A stretch of 64,000 bases of DNA from a bacterium. GTDB taxonomy: Bacteria; Pseudomonadota; Alphaproteobacteria; Rhizobiales; JAKIUO01. Below are positions 19,639 through 28,585 of this stretch, in pieces. Each line of letters opens with the position of its first letter. The first letter of the stretch is position 1. Made by a program: the position numbers and the translations under genes. The stretch is taken from the NCBI GenBank assembly GCA_024228495.1, contig JAAETJ010000362.1, positions 10,308 through 74,307 on the forward strand, in the 5' to 3' direction. Under the pieces are notes generated by a model. That model had not been told where the DNA came from and made no database searches. It saw nothing but the letters and a program-made list of their open reading frames with translations.

Positions 19639-19812
19639 GAAGCGGAAAATATGGAAAAAAACCATATTCAGGTTCTGTTCAGACTGTGTTCATTATGTAT
19701 TTGTTAAGAGCCTATGGAGCTTAATAGAAAAAAGAGAGTGGTGTTGAATAGAAGACATAGAGAACCAGTTGAAGGATGTACAAGCATCGTGCAAGGTTCT
19801 GTGGAGATAAAA

Positions 19813-19956
19813 ATGGCTAATATTATTCAGTTCCCCATCGACCGGGTGAGCAGTGCAAAGAGTGTTAAAATACTTTCAGGTACAACAGCGGAAATCATTA
19901 TTTTCCCGGGTATCCGTTTTGAGCATCATGGCGTTAGTTTTGCGGTCGCAAAATAG
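19813..19956 (+). CDS. Small hypothetical protein (47 aa)
   Basis: GGAG SD 6 nt before the ATG. Sequence MANIIQFPIDRV...AEIIIFPGIRFEHH. The longer track ORF starting at 19714 is less likely. Confidence 0.35.
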   Translation: MANIIQFPIDRVSSAKSVKILSGTTAEIIIFPGIRFEHHGVSFAVAK

Positions 19957-20171
19957 CATTTGCCAGGCTTTATCGCATTTTTTGTTTGGCCGTTCATTGG
20001 GTCAAAAATTTCGAATTGAATCGAACTCGTTGCTTTTTTCAGGGGTTGATTTCTTTCCTCATTGTCTTTTTCTGGTATTTCGTCGTGGACAGTCAAGCCG
20101 TTTCCAATCGAGTATGCGTGTTGATCGCGAATACTCAATCGGTTGCCGCATTCCAGGAGGTTTATCAGGGC

Positions 20172-20864
20172 GTGCAGGACGGACCAGCTACTATTTTTTT
20201 CTATGCTTTATTGGTCGTAATGGCTTTGGGCGTCGCTGGTTGCTCTGATCGGGGCGACTATGGGCGCCATGACCCCTCTTTGTTTTCAAAAACCTATACC
20301 AGTTCCATTGCATCAGCACGCCGTTATCTGGGTGAAGAGCAAGATTATGACTTGCCTCTGACGGCCAGCGAAGATGCCTTGCGCACTCGCGCTCTCGATA
20401 TGGTTGCCATTCGAAGAACTGGAGTTGTGGCCCAGATTATCCCTGCGCGCAGTGGAGATGGTTTTGCGCATGTTGCGGCGACCATCGAGGATGTCAAAGT
20501 GGATCACCATCGCTTCTCTCGCTTTATGGAGGCCGCCAAAAAAGTCATGGCAATCGATGAGGCGCGTGCCGGCCGGTTAAAGGGACTGGATGCGTTGATG
20601 TCACAAAGGCAAGCATTTGCTGTCGTTGAGCGGCGAGGTCGCAATAACTTATTGATCAGAGATGGTGTGCGCCTGATGCGTGAGCGCTCAACCCAATATC
20701 GTGAACTATTGGTGCAATTGCCGGTGGAACGGCCTGAAGTGCCACTTGGTGAGCTGCAATCAGCTTATGATGGATTTCACGAAGAGGTGGTTTTGTTCCA
20801 TAGCGAAATCGATCAACGCGCGCATATGAGACTGGGGCAAAACGGCAAACAGTCAGCAAAATAA
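20172..20864 (+). CDS. Putative lipoprotein, function unknown
   Basis: Lipobox LGVAGC follows a hydrophobic stretch (TIFFYALLVVMA). GTG 20172 is preceded by AGGAGG 11 nt upstream. The start is uncertain. Confidence 0.4.
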   Translation: MQDGPATIFFYALLVVMALGVAGCSDRGDYGRHDPSLFSKTYTSSIASARRYLGEEQDYDLPLTASEDALRTRALDMVAIRRTGVVAQIIPARSGDGFAHVAATIEDVKVDHHRFSRFMEAAKKVMAIDEARAGRLKGLDALMSQRQAFAVVERRGRNNLLIRDGVRLMRERSTQYRELLVQLPVERPEVPLGELQSAYDGFHEEVVLFHSEIDQRAHMRLGQNGKQSAK

Positions 20865-20867
20865 GTT

Positions 20868-21476
20868 TTATCTTACGCTTGATGCTTGCTGGTCAAATGT
20901 GATCGTGCGGCAAAAGGCCTGCTCCAGAAGTGTTGATACTTCGGCTGCAAATGCTAGTTTGGGAACAGGCGCTCGGATGACGATCATGCCTGTTTGTGCA
21001 GGTGCTGCAACCGTTATCTCGCGCAATTCAACTTTGCCGGTTGCCCCCAGATTTTGTTCTTCCTGTTTTTCATTATCGATTGTTTTATCGACTACAACCA
21101 ACAGGTTGACGGCTTTGCTTTGCACGTCCCGGCCACTGATCAGATAATAGTTTTCGCCGTGCTGTGAATAAAGGGCGATGGACCACAGATCATTTGGTAG
21201 GGGGGCGCGCAATTGCAGCGGGCCGTTTGAAAGATCATAGCGGCAGATCGCATACCGGACATCGGGGGCCATGAAGGTGATGGGGGAAAGGCTATCCGTG
21301 GATGGTTCTAAAATCGCCAGTTCATTTAGTCTGGCACTGTCTTCAAGACGAGACCAGGCATTGCCCTTGGAGACATATGGCATGATCAAGATAATGCAGA
21401 TATGAACCGCTGCACCGAATATGATGAGTGTTGCTATTTTAAATAGAAGCTGTGAGATGGGAAAGTTTAGTGACAA
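20868..21476 (-). CDS. DUF1254-like membrane-anchored protein
   Basis: N-terminal TM, then FMAPDVRYAICRYDLSNGPLQL...DLWSIALY. Paired with the DUF1214-like gene upstream, overlapping it by 10 nt. Confidence 0.6.
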   Translation of the reverse strand: MSLNFPISQLLFKIATLIIFGAAVHICIILIMPYVSKGNAWSRLEDSARLNELAILEPSTDSLSPITFMAPDVRYAICRYDLSNGPLQLRAPLPNDLWSIALYSQHGENYYLISGRDVQSKAVNLLVVVDKTIDNEKQEEQNLGATGKVELREITVAAPAQTGMIVIRAPVPKLAFAAEVSTLLEQAFCRTITFDQQASSVR

Positions 21477-22111
21477 TCCAGCCTCCTGATAATAGGCAGA
21501 TTTTGTTCGATGGAATTGCTGCGTTGGGCATCTTTACTTGCGTGAATGCCATACAGGCGCAGCATCAGGGTTAATTCGGCCTCACCGGCAATTTCGATCC
21601 AGTTGCCCGGTCGCGCTCGTTGCGCGAGATTGATGGTGAAGCTGCCATTTTCAAAGCGAAGAACCGAGCCGCTATTGATGGATGATCTGGCGCTCTTGTT
21701 TTTGATGGGTTGGCCATTGGACGTATAGACAGCCAGCGACCACCAGTCTGAATCAAGTGGTTTGCCTGCCAGCGCATAATCACAGTCAGCGGCAATTTTT
21801 TCACCGTCGCTATCATGGGTCGCGGCGAAGTAAAGAGCGTTACTGGAGGTGATCGGCAAGCGCCCATTGCGCGACATGTGGGCAAGCGTGTAGGGATCGG
21901 CGCCCACATCCCCATCGTGGATCCATAATTGCCATGATCCGGTTTGCGATGTTGTCAGAGCGGAGCCGTTTTCAATCATGTACCAAGCCGAGATTGAGCC
22001 AATCGTGATGCCGCCGAGAATGAACAGAACAATGCGTCCAGCGAACGCCAGCAGAGGCGCGTGACGATAGCGGCGGATCCTGTTCTTCAAATATATAAGC
22101 CGGCTTTTCAT
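21467..22111 (-). CDS. DUF1214-like membrane-anchored protein
   Basis: N-terminal TM, then GSWQLW...GADPYTLAHMSRNGRLPI...DCDYALAGKPLDSDWWSLAVY. Confidence 0.6.
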   Translation of the reverse strand: MKSRLIYLKNRIRRYRHAPLLAFAGRIVLFILGGITIGSISAWYMIENGSALTTSQTGSWQLWIHDGDVGADPYTLAHMSRNGRLPITSSNALYFAATHDSDGEKIAADCDYALAGKPLDSDWWSLAVYTSNGQPIKNKSARSSINSGSVLRFENGSFTINLAQRARPGNWIEIAGEAELTLMLRLYGIHASKDAQRSNSIEQNLPIIRRLDCH

Positions 22112-22189
22112 TGCGAAGTTTGATTTACCTGTGTCAAATTCATTGATGCCAATATTGATATGGCTTGTCGGTATTAGTCTAAAAATCAG

Positions 22190-24316
22190 TTACTGATCAC
22201 GTGTGGTCTCCGGCTGCAGGGCTGCTCTGTTCATGCTTTTTGTCGCGAGCAGCGGCTTGGCATCTCTCATCATTTTGGCAATGGTATCGAGCACGGCTTC
22301 AGTTTTCTTTGGCAAGCCACGAACCGCGCCAATCTGGCTTGACAGATTGGGATTTGCTTTACGCTGGGCCTTCATGCGTCGCACATTGGCGACCTGTTGC
22401 GCATGAATGGCCAGTCCAGGAATTTTCGGTATGTCGGGGTTGAGATGGGCGCGCGACATATATTCATTCCAGGTGATGGCGGGGACGTTACCTCCTGTCA
22501 ATCGGTTGGTGGGACGGTAATTGTCGTTCCCATACCAGACACCGGTGACATATTTTCCAGTATAACCCATGAACCATGCATCGCGATAGCTTGAGGTTGT
22601 ACCGGTTTTGCCAGCAGCCGTTGTAAAGCTTAGGCCGGCCCGTCTTGCGGTTCCGCCGGGAAGCACCACATTACCCATCATGGCATTGAGATAGGCGATA
22701 TGTTTTTTCTTGTAAATTCTAGGTAATGGCTTGGCATTATTTTCTCGTGAATAGATCAGGTTTTCAGAACTATCCCTGATCTCAGTGACACCGTATGCGC
22801 GTGCTCGCAAGCCACCATTGGCAAAGCTGGCATAGCCCGATGTATGGCGTAACAAGGTTACGGCCTGGTCGCCAAGGGCCAGTGAACATGTCCATTTCAA
22901 ATGGTTCTTGATACCGGCTTTGCGGATATTGGCGATCACATTTTTACGACCATATTTTTGTGAGATCCGCACTGCGACTGTGTTGAGGGATTTTTTTAGT
23001 GCATACTGCAGTTGCAGCCAGCCGCGAAAACGTCCCGAATAGTTTCTAAAATGCTTACCGCGACAAGAAATGGGACCATCTTTGATACGAGAGGTCGGTT
23101 TCATGCCGCCTTGAATTGCGGTGAGATAGACATAAGGCTTGATGGAGGAGCCGGGCTGGCGCTTTGACTGGGTGGCGCGGTTAAATTGCGAGCGGCCATA
23201 ATTAATGCCGCCAACGATGACCCGCACGGCACCGTCGAGATCCATGGAGACCATAGCCCCGGCATTGATGCGTTTTGACTTGCCGAATTTGCGCACCATG
23301 TTTTTGACAATCTGCTCGCCGGTTTGCTGCAATTTCAGATCGACCGTTGTTTTTACCTTCAATACATAATTGTTTTTACCCTTCATGAGATCCTTGACCT
23401 CGCCAAAGGCCCAATCGAGAAAATAGTCAGGCGTGTAGCGCTCGGGGCGCTCTTTGACCTCGGCTGGTTGGAGACGGGCTCCGTGCACTTGTCCCTCGGT
23501 CATGAAGCCAGCTTGCACCAGATTGGTCAACACCTCGTTGGTACGCTTTCGTGAGATGCCCAGATTATTATGAGGCGCATATTTGGTAGGGGCTTTGAAC
23601 AATCCGCCAAGCAATGCAGCTTCGGCCAGCGAGACATCGCGAATGGATTTGCCGAAATAATATTGCGCAGCCGCTTCCACACCAAAGGTTCCCCCGCCCA
23701 TATAGGCCCGATCGAGATACATTTTGAGGATTTCGTCCTTGGACAGGTTGGTTTCCAGCCAGATGGCCAGAAAGGCTTCCTTGATTTTGCGATCGAAGGT
23801 CTGTTCGGACGTCAAAAACAGGTTTTTTGCCAGCTGCTGCGTAATAGAGCTACCTCCCTGCACGGATTCATTGCGGATATTATTGATAAGGGCGCGGAAG
23901 GTGCCCAGCAGATCAATGCCAAAATGGGTGTAAAAACGCCGGTCCTCGGTGGCCAGAGCGGATTTGATCATGTGGTCAGGAATTTCTGACAGGGGCACAG
24001 CGTCAGAATGCAACACTCCGCGCGTGCCAATTTCATTGCCATAGCGATCAAGGAAGGTGACGGAATACTGATTGCTGGTGCGCCATGTCTCATTGATTTC
24101 TTCAAAGGCCGGCATGGCGAACATCAACAAGACCATGAAACCGGCAGTGCCTAGAGTCATACCCTCGGACAACAATTCTGAAGAAAATTTGCCAAATCCC
24201 GAGACGTTAAAGCGCGAGAAAAACGTCGAGTAATTACTCCAGCCGTTTTTGATCGCCGACCAGGCTCTCTCGGGCATTTGCCCAATACGTTCATCAAGCC
24301 AAATCCAGTCTATCAA
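22190..24316 (-). CDS. Bifunctional class A penicillin-binding protein (PBP1A family: transglycosylase + transpeptidase)
   Basis: GT51 motifs EDRRFYTHFGID and GGSSITQQLAKN. Transpeptidase motifs SSIKP and KTGTT. N-terminal membrane anchor. Confidence 0.9.
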   Translation of the reverse strand: MIDWIWLDERIGQMPERAWSAIKNGWSNYSTFFSRFNVSGFGKFSSELLSEGMTLGTAGFMVLLMFAMPAFEEINETWRTSNQYSVTFLDRYGNEIGTRGVLHSDAVPLSEIPDHMIKSALATEDRRFYTHFGIDLLGTFRALINNIRNESVQGGSSITQQLAKNLFLTSEQTFDRKIKEAFLAIWLETNLSKDEILKMYLDRAYMGGGTFGVEAAAQYYFGKSIRDVSLAEAALLGGLFKAPTKYAPHNNLGISRKRTNEVLTNLVQAGFMTEGQVHGARLQPAEVKERPERYTPDYFLDWAFGEVKDLMKGKNNYVLKVKTTVDLKLQQTGEQIVKNMVRKFGKSKRINAGAMVSMDLDGAVRVIVGGINYGRSQFNRATQSKRQPGSSIKPYVYLTAIQGGMKPTSRIKDGPISCRGKHFRNYSGRFRGWLQLQYALKKSLNTVAVRISQKYGRKNVIANIRKAGIKNHLKWTCSLALGDQAVTLLRHTSGYASFANGGLRARAYGVTEIRDSSENLIYSRENNAKPLPRIYKKKHIAYLNAMMGNVVLPGGTARRAGLSFTTAAGKTGTTSSYRDAWFMGYTGKYVTGVWYGNDNYRPTNRLTGGNVPAITWNEYMSRAHLNPDIPKIPGLAIHAQQVANVRRMKAQRKANPNLSSQIGAVRGLPKKTEAVLDTIAKMMRDAKPLLATKSMNRAALQPETTRDQ

Positions 24317-24576
24317 GTCAGTTCCCCAAAATCAGTTATGGTTTGCCAAAACAATGGCGGTCCGTTGCGTGTCATCAAAAGTGACTTAACGCCTCATCTC
24401 AACGATTACTTAGAAACCCATACATATGGGCGGTAAGCGAATTCGCCCAAACAGTCAAGAAATGGCACTTGCCAGTCAAAACATTTGACCAAAAAACTTG
24501 AGTGTACAGTTGATTTCAAGGCATTTAGAACAAATGTTAGCGGGCATCATTGTTGAGAGAAAGATAGGATTGTCAA

Positions 24577-25053
24577 ATGGCAGAATTAAGAGCAAAATTC
24601 TGGGAGAACCTGCCGCTCGCTGAACTTAACGAGGCGGAGTGGGAGGCCTTGTGTGATGGTTGTGGTTTATGCTGTCTCGTCAAGCTCGAAGATGAAGATA
24701 CAGAACAAATCTATTTCACAAATCTCGTTTGCTCTTTGCAAGATAGCGAAGCATGCCGCTGTTCTGAATATGAAAATAGACATGTGAAGATGCCCGACTG
24801 TCGTCCTATCACGATGCAAACACTCGATGAAATTGAATGGTTGCCACCCAGCTGCGCCTATCGTTTGCGAGAGGAAGGCAAGCCCTTGTTTGCGTGGCAC
24901 CCCCTTGTCTGCGGAGATAAAGACACGGTTCACAAGGAAAATATTTCCATACTTGGCTGGACGGTCAGCGAAAAAGGCGTGCCGATAGATGACTATGAAG
25001 ACTATCTTGTGAGCGACCCATTTATTCGAAATAGGAATAAAAATAAAAAATAG
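24577..25053 (+). CDS. ycgN: YcgN-family (UPF0260) cysteine-cluster protein
   Basis: WEALCDGCGLCCLVKLEDEDT...CRCSEYENRHVKMPDC pattern. Confidence 0.8.
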   Translation: MAELRAKFWENLPLAELNEAEWEALCDGCGLCCLVKLEDEDTEQIYFTNLVCSLQDSEACRCSEYENRHVKMPDCRPITMQTLDEIEWLPPSCAYRLREEGKPLFAWHPLVCGDKDTVHKENISILGWTVSEKGVPIDDYEDYLVSDPFIRNRNKNKK

Positions 25054-25064
25054 GAAAATAATCC

Positions 25065-25093
25065 TTGACAGCGTCACGCTGTTTGTGTAGGTT
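25065..25093 (+). promoter_or_regulatory. Candidate sigma70-type promoter upstream of the GTA cluster, overlapped by a 15-bp palindrome
   Basis: TTGACA (25065-25070), a 17-nt spacer, then TAGGTT (25088-25093). Palindrome ACAGCGT-C-ACGCTGT at 25068-25082. Confidence 0.35.
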
Positions 25094-25287
25094 CATGGTA
25101 GATCAACAATGGTCCGAGGGGGGATGTCGAGCGGCCTTACAGTTTGTATGGCAGCCATTCTTCACCGAGGTTTTCCCAAACTCAATTTATCAGTGACAAA
25201 GAACTTCGAGACGCAGTAGTGGCAAGCCTGACTGTCCGCCGGGTGTTGCGCTGTCTCGCGAAGGTCGCAGCGTAGTAAGGAATTGCT

Positions 25288-25635
25288 GTGAGCAAAAAAC
25301 CAACAAGCGGTCGGGATCGAGTATCCCGGCTTTTTTTATGGCTGGATGAAAAACTTGAATTTCTCGAGCACCGTCATTTGCAAAGACATGCACCACTCAC
25401 ATCAGCCGAACATGAAAAGGATGCGCGAACGATGATTTCCCTCATCCGGGTCTATGAAAAACTCGTGGAGATGACAGCACGTCTTGATAAAAAAACGCAA
25501 GGCGAAAGCCGGGACGTCAAGGGATATGACTCCGTTGAGACGGAGCAAATGCGCCTTGAGATTGCGCAACGCATTGAGCGCTTGCAACGGCAAAGCGAAG
25601 GGCAATGCGAAACTGCTGGAAAATCTGCGAGATGA
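25288..25635 (+). CDS. Small basic/coiled protein at the g1 position (candidate GTA small terminase)
   Basis: 115 codons with a GTG start, directly upstream of and overlapping the TerL reading frame. Helical, charged sequence. The assignment rests on position only. Confidence 0.45.
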   Translation: MSKKPTSGRDRVSRLFLWLDEKLEFLEHRHLQRHAPLTSAEHEKDARTMISLIRVYEKLVEMTARLDKKTQGESRDVKGYDSVETEQMRLEIAQRIERLQRQSEGQCETAGKSAR

Positions 25636-26878
25636 AGACCTGGTTGAGATTTCTTTTGATTGGCAGCTTTGGGCGCGAGAAGATCAATTGCCGCCTCGCG
25701 GTGACTGGCATACCTGGCTGGTACTTGGGGGCAGGGGCGCTGGTAAAACGCGCACCGGGGCTGAATGGGTGCGTGGCATGGCGCTTGGTCTGCCGGGATT
25801 TTCTGACAGGCCGGTTGAACGTATCGCTCTTGTTGGCGAGACATTGGAAGATGTGCGCTCGGTGATGATTGAAGGGGAGTCTGGCCTGTTGGCCATTCAC
25901 CCGAAAGCGCAGCGCCCGCATTTTGAAATCTCGAAGCGATTGCTCACCTGGCCTAACGGCTCTATCGCGCAAATGTATTCAGGCAACCGGCCCGATGGCT
26001 TGCGCGGCCCCCAGTTTGCAGCCGCCTGGTGCGATGAGTTGTGCAAATGGCGTTATCCGCAAGAGACTTGGGACATGCTGCAATTCACGTTGCGGCTTGG
26101 CGAACAGCCACGCCAGATCGTCACGACAACCCCGCGTCCAATTGCTTTGCTTAAGCAATTGCTCAAAAGCGAGGGGCTACAAATTGATAGCAGTACAACC
26201 AGCATCAACAAGGCCTTTCTGGCAGCAGGTTTTGTAAAACGGATCAATGAGCAATTTGGAGGTACCCGGCTGGGGCGGCAAGAACTGGAGGCACAAATTC
26301 TGGATGATCGGCTTGATGCCTTGTGGCATCGCGGTTCGCTTGATCAGTTGCGGCAAAAAGAGGCGCCAGAGCTTACGCGCATTGTCGTGGCTGTTGACCC
26401 ACCTGTGACCTCGCATGCCAAGTCGGATGCTTGCGGCATCATTGTTGCGGGCCTGTGCAAACAAGGCCGAAGTTATGTGTTGTCAGATGAAACCTTGAGT
26501 AAAGCCTCACCGCTTAAATGGGCACGAGCAGTAGTTAGTGCTTTTCATCATTTTGAAGCCGACCGCATTATCGCCGAGGTCAATCAGGGCGGCGAAATGG
26601 TAGAGGCGGTGATCCGGCAGGTCGATAGATCGGTCGCCATCACATCGGTGCGGGCAACACGCGGAAAATATATCAGAGCGGAACCTGTGGCCGCTCTTTA
26701 CGAACAAGGCCGGGTTCACCATGTGGGCTCCTTGCCTTTATTGGAAGACGAATTGTGCGACTTTGGCCCCGGTGGCCTCACCAATGGCAAAAGTCCCGAC
26801 CGCCTTGATGCGCTGGTCTGGGCTCTTACCTATCTGATGCTTAACAAGGGCGCGGCACCAAGGGTTCGAAGTATATAA
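25484..26878 (+). CDS. Phage/GTA terminase large subunit (RcGTA g2 equivalent)
   Basis: SFDWQLWAREDQLPP...WLVLGGRGAGKTRTGAEWV (Walker A), followed by a nuclease domain. The start is uncertain: homology begins near 25610 and the first ATG in frame is 25526. Confidence 0.9.
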   Translation: MIKKRKAKAGTSRDMTPLRRSKCALRLRNALSACNGKAKGNAKLLENLRDEDLVEISFDWQLWAREDQLPPRGDWHTWLVLGGRGAGKTRTGAEWVRGMALGLPGFSDRPVERIALVGETLEDVRSVMIEGESGLLAIHPKAQRPHFEISKRLLTWPNGSIAQMYSGNRPDGLRGPQFAAAWCDELCKWRYPQETWDMLQFTLRLGEQPRQIVTTTPRPIALLKQLLKSEGLQIDSSTTSINKAFLAAGFVKRINEQFGGTRLGRQELEAQILDDRLDALWHRGSLDQLRQKEAPELTRIVVAVDPPVTSHAKSDACGIIVAGLCKQGRSYVLSDETLSKASPLKWARAVVSAFHHFEADRIIAEVNQGGEMVEAVIRQVDRSVAITSVRATRGKYIRAEPVAALYEQGRVHHVGSLPLLEDELCDFGPGGLTNGKSPDRLDALVWALTYLMLNKGAAPRVRSI

Positions 26879-26944
26879 TGCCCTCGCCGGGCGGACCTCT
26901 TTGCAAAGAGCATTGGGGACTAATCCTCAAACCCTATTTTAAAA

Positions 26945-26982
26945 CAGCTGGCTTCCAAAGGCTAGCGTTTGGAAGCCAGCTG
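26945..26982 (-). terminator. Perfect 15-bp-stem hairpin between convergent terL and metY
   Basis: cagctggcttccaaa-ggctagcg-tttggaagccagctg. On the minus strand it is followed by TTTTAAAA. No T-run follows on the plus strand. Confidence 0.7.
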
Positions 26983-27007
26983 AACAAGCTGCCGCCGCGC
27001 TTTGCGT

Positions 27008-27049
27008 GCCCCATCGGAGGCAGCGCGTAGCGCAATCAGCCGTGAGATC
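27008..27049 (+). repeat. Family-A repeat unit (TCGGAGGC-hairpin-AATnAGCCGTGAGA)
   Basis: catcggaggcagcgcgtagcgcaatcagccgtgagatct, abutting the metY stop codon. Confidence 0.6.
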
Positions 27050-28341
27050 TAGCCAAGAGCCTGATTGAGGTCTTTGGCGATGTCGGTGGCGTCTTCGATG
27101 CCGATGGAGACACGGATCACTTCAGGGCCGGCTCCCGCTTTCACCAGCGCTTCTTCGCTGAGTTGTGAATGGGTGGTGGAGGCCGGGTGAACGATCAAGC
27201 TGCGGGTATCGCCAAGATTTGCCAGATGGGTAAATAGTTTGACGTTATTGACGAGGTTTTTTCCGGCTTCATAGCCGCCTGTCAGTCCAAATGTGAACAC
27301 GGAACCAGCACCTTTGGGGCAATATTTTTTTGCCAGTTCGTGATTGGCGTTGCTTTCGAGACCTGAATAATTGACCCAGGCAATGCGGCTGTCTTTTTCG
27401 AGCCATTTTGCAACGGCCAGAGCATTGTCGCAATGACGTTGCATGCGCAGGGGCAGGGTTTCGATGCCGTTCAATATCAAAAAGGCGTTCATCGGGGCGA
27501 TGCATGGTCCCAGATCGCGCAAGGACAACACGCGGGCGGCGATGGCGAAGGCGATATGGCCGAAGGCTTCGCCAAACACGTCGCCGAGCACCATATTATT
27601 ATAGCTTTCGCAGGGCTGGCTGAGGGTTGGGAATTTGTCGCTGGCCATCCAGTCAAAATTTCCGCCATCGATGAGCATGCCGCCCATGCTATTGCCGTGG
27701 CCACCAAGGAATTTGGTCAGTGAATGAGTGATGATATTGGCGCCATGTTCAAACGGGCGGCACAGATAGGGCGTGGCCATTGTATTGTCGACAACCAGCG
27801 GCACTCCGCCTTTTTCCGCCACTTTTGCAATGGCTTCGATATCGGTAATCAGGCCAGCGGGATTGGCGATCGACTCGATGAATATGGCGCGGGTTTTATC
27901 GCTGACAAGCGCTTCAAAACTTGAGGGATCTTCGGCATCGGCCCATTGAACACCCCAGCCGAATTTTTTGAAGGACTGGGAGAGCTGATTGATGGAGCCG
28001 CCATAGAGCTGACGGGCGGCGATGATTTCATCGCCCGGCTTCATAAGATTGTGAAACACCATTAGTTGCGCGCCATGACCAGAAGCTGCGGCAAGTGCGG
28101 CGGTGCCACCTTCCAGGGCGGCAACGCGTTTTTCGAGAACGTCTTGCGTGGGGTTCATGATGCGCGTGTAGATATTACCAAATTCCTGCAGGCCGAAGAG
28201 GCGGGCGGCATGGTCCGCATCCTGGAATGCATAGGCGGTGGTCTGGTAAATCGGTGTTGCTCTGGCACCCGTTGCTGGATCTGGCGCGGCACCCGCATGA
28301 ATGGCAAGGGTATTGAAAGTCTGGGAGTTCTCGTCTGACAT
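27049..28341 (-). CDS. metY: O-acetylhomoserine sulfhydrylase (PLP-dependent, MetY/Cys-Met metabolism family)
   Basis: FNTLAIHAGAAPDPATGARATPIYQTTAY..., GNIYTRIMNPT, and SLTKFLGGHG (PLP lysine). 430 aa. GAGAGG SD. Confidence 0.9.
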   Translation of the reverse strand: MSDENSQTFNTLAIHAGAAPDPATGARATPIYQTTAYAFQDADHAARLFGLQEFGNIYTRIMNPTQDVLEKRVAALEGGTAALAAASGHGAQLMVFHNLMKPGDEIIAARQLYGGSINQLSQSFKKFGWGVQWADAEDPSSFEALVSDKTRAIFIESIANPAGLITDIEAIAKVAEKGGVPLVVDNTMATPYLCRPFEHGANIITHSLTKFLGGHGNSMGGMLIDGGNFDWMASDKFPTLSQPCESYNNMVLGDVFGEAFGHIAFAIAARVLSLRDLGPCIAPMNAFLILNGIETLPLRMQRHCDNALAVAKWLEKDSRIAWVNYSGLESNANHELAKKYCPKGAGSVFTFGLTGGYEAGKNLVNNVKLFTHLANLGDTRSLIVHPASTTHSQLSEEALVKAGAGPEVIRVSIGIEDATDIAKDLNQALG

Positions 28342-28482
28342 GATGGCCTCTCTTGGTTATTTCTTGTCTGTGTTAATCTGACGCATCTTTCTCGTGAAGG
28401 CAATTATTTTGTCTGCTGCATATCTCTTGCCGGGCAGGCGCCCTTTGTAGGCAACGCCAAGGGTGGGCCTTTGGAAATCATT

Positions 28483-28511
28483 TTTATAGGGGTTTGGAGA
28501 CATGTTCCTAA
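28483..28511 (-). promoter_or_regulatory. Candidate metY promoter
   Basis: On the minus strand, TTAGGA (28511-28506), a 17-nt spacer, then TATAAA (28488-28483). This leaves a leader of about 135 nt. Confidence 0.3.
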
Positions 28512-28585
28512 CGCTGTCCGCGTCGGACGCCTGTTTGGTGAAGACAGGCGCTGCAAGGCGCTCCTCGAACTGGAGATCTATCTAT

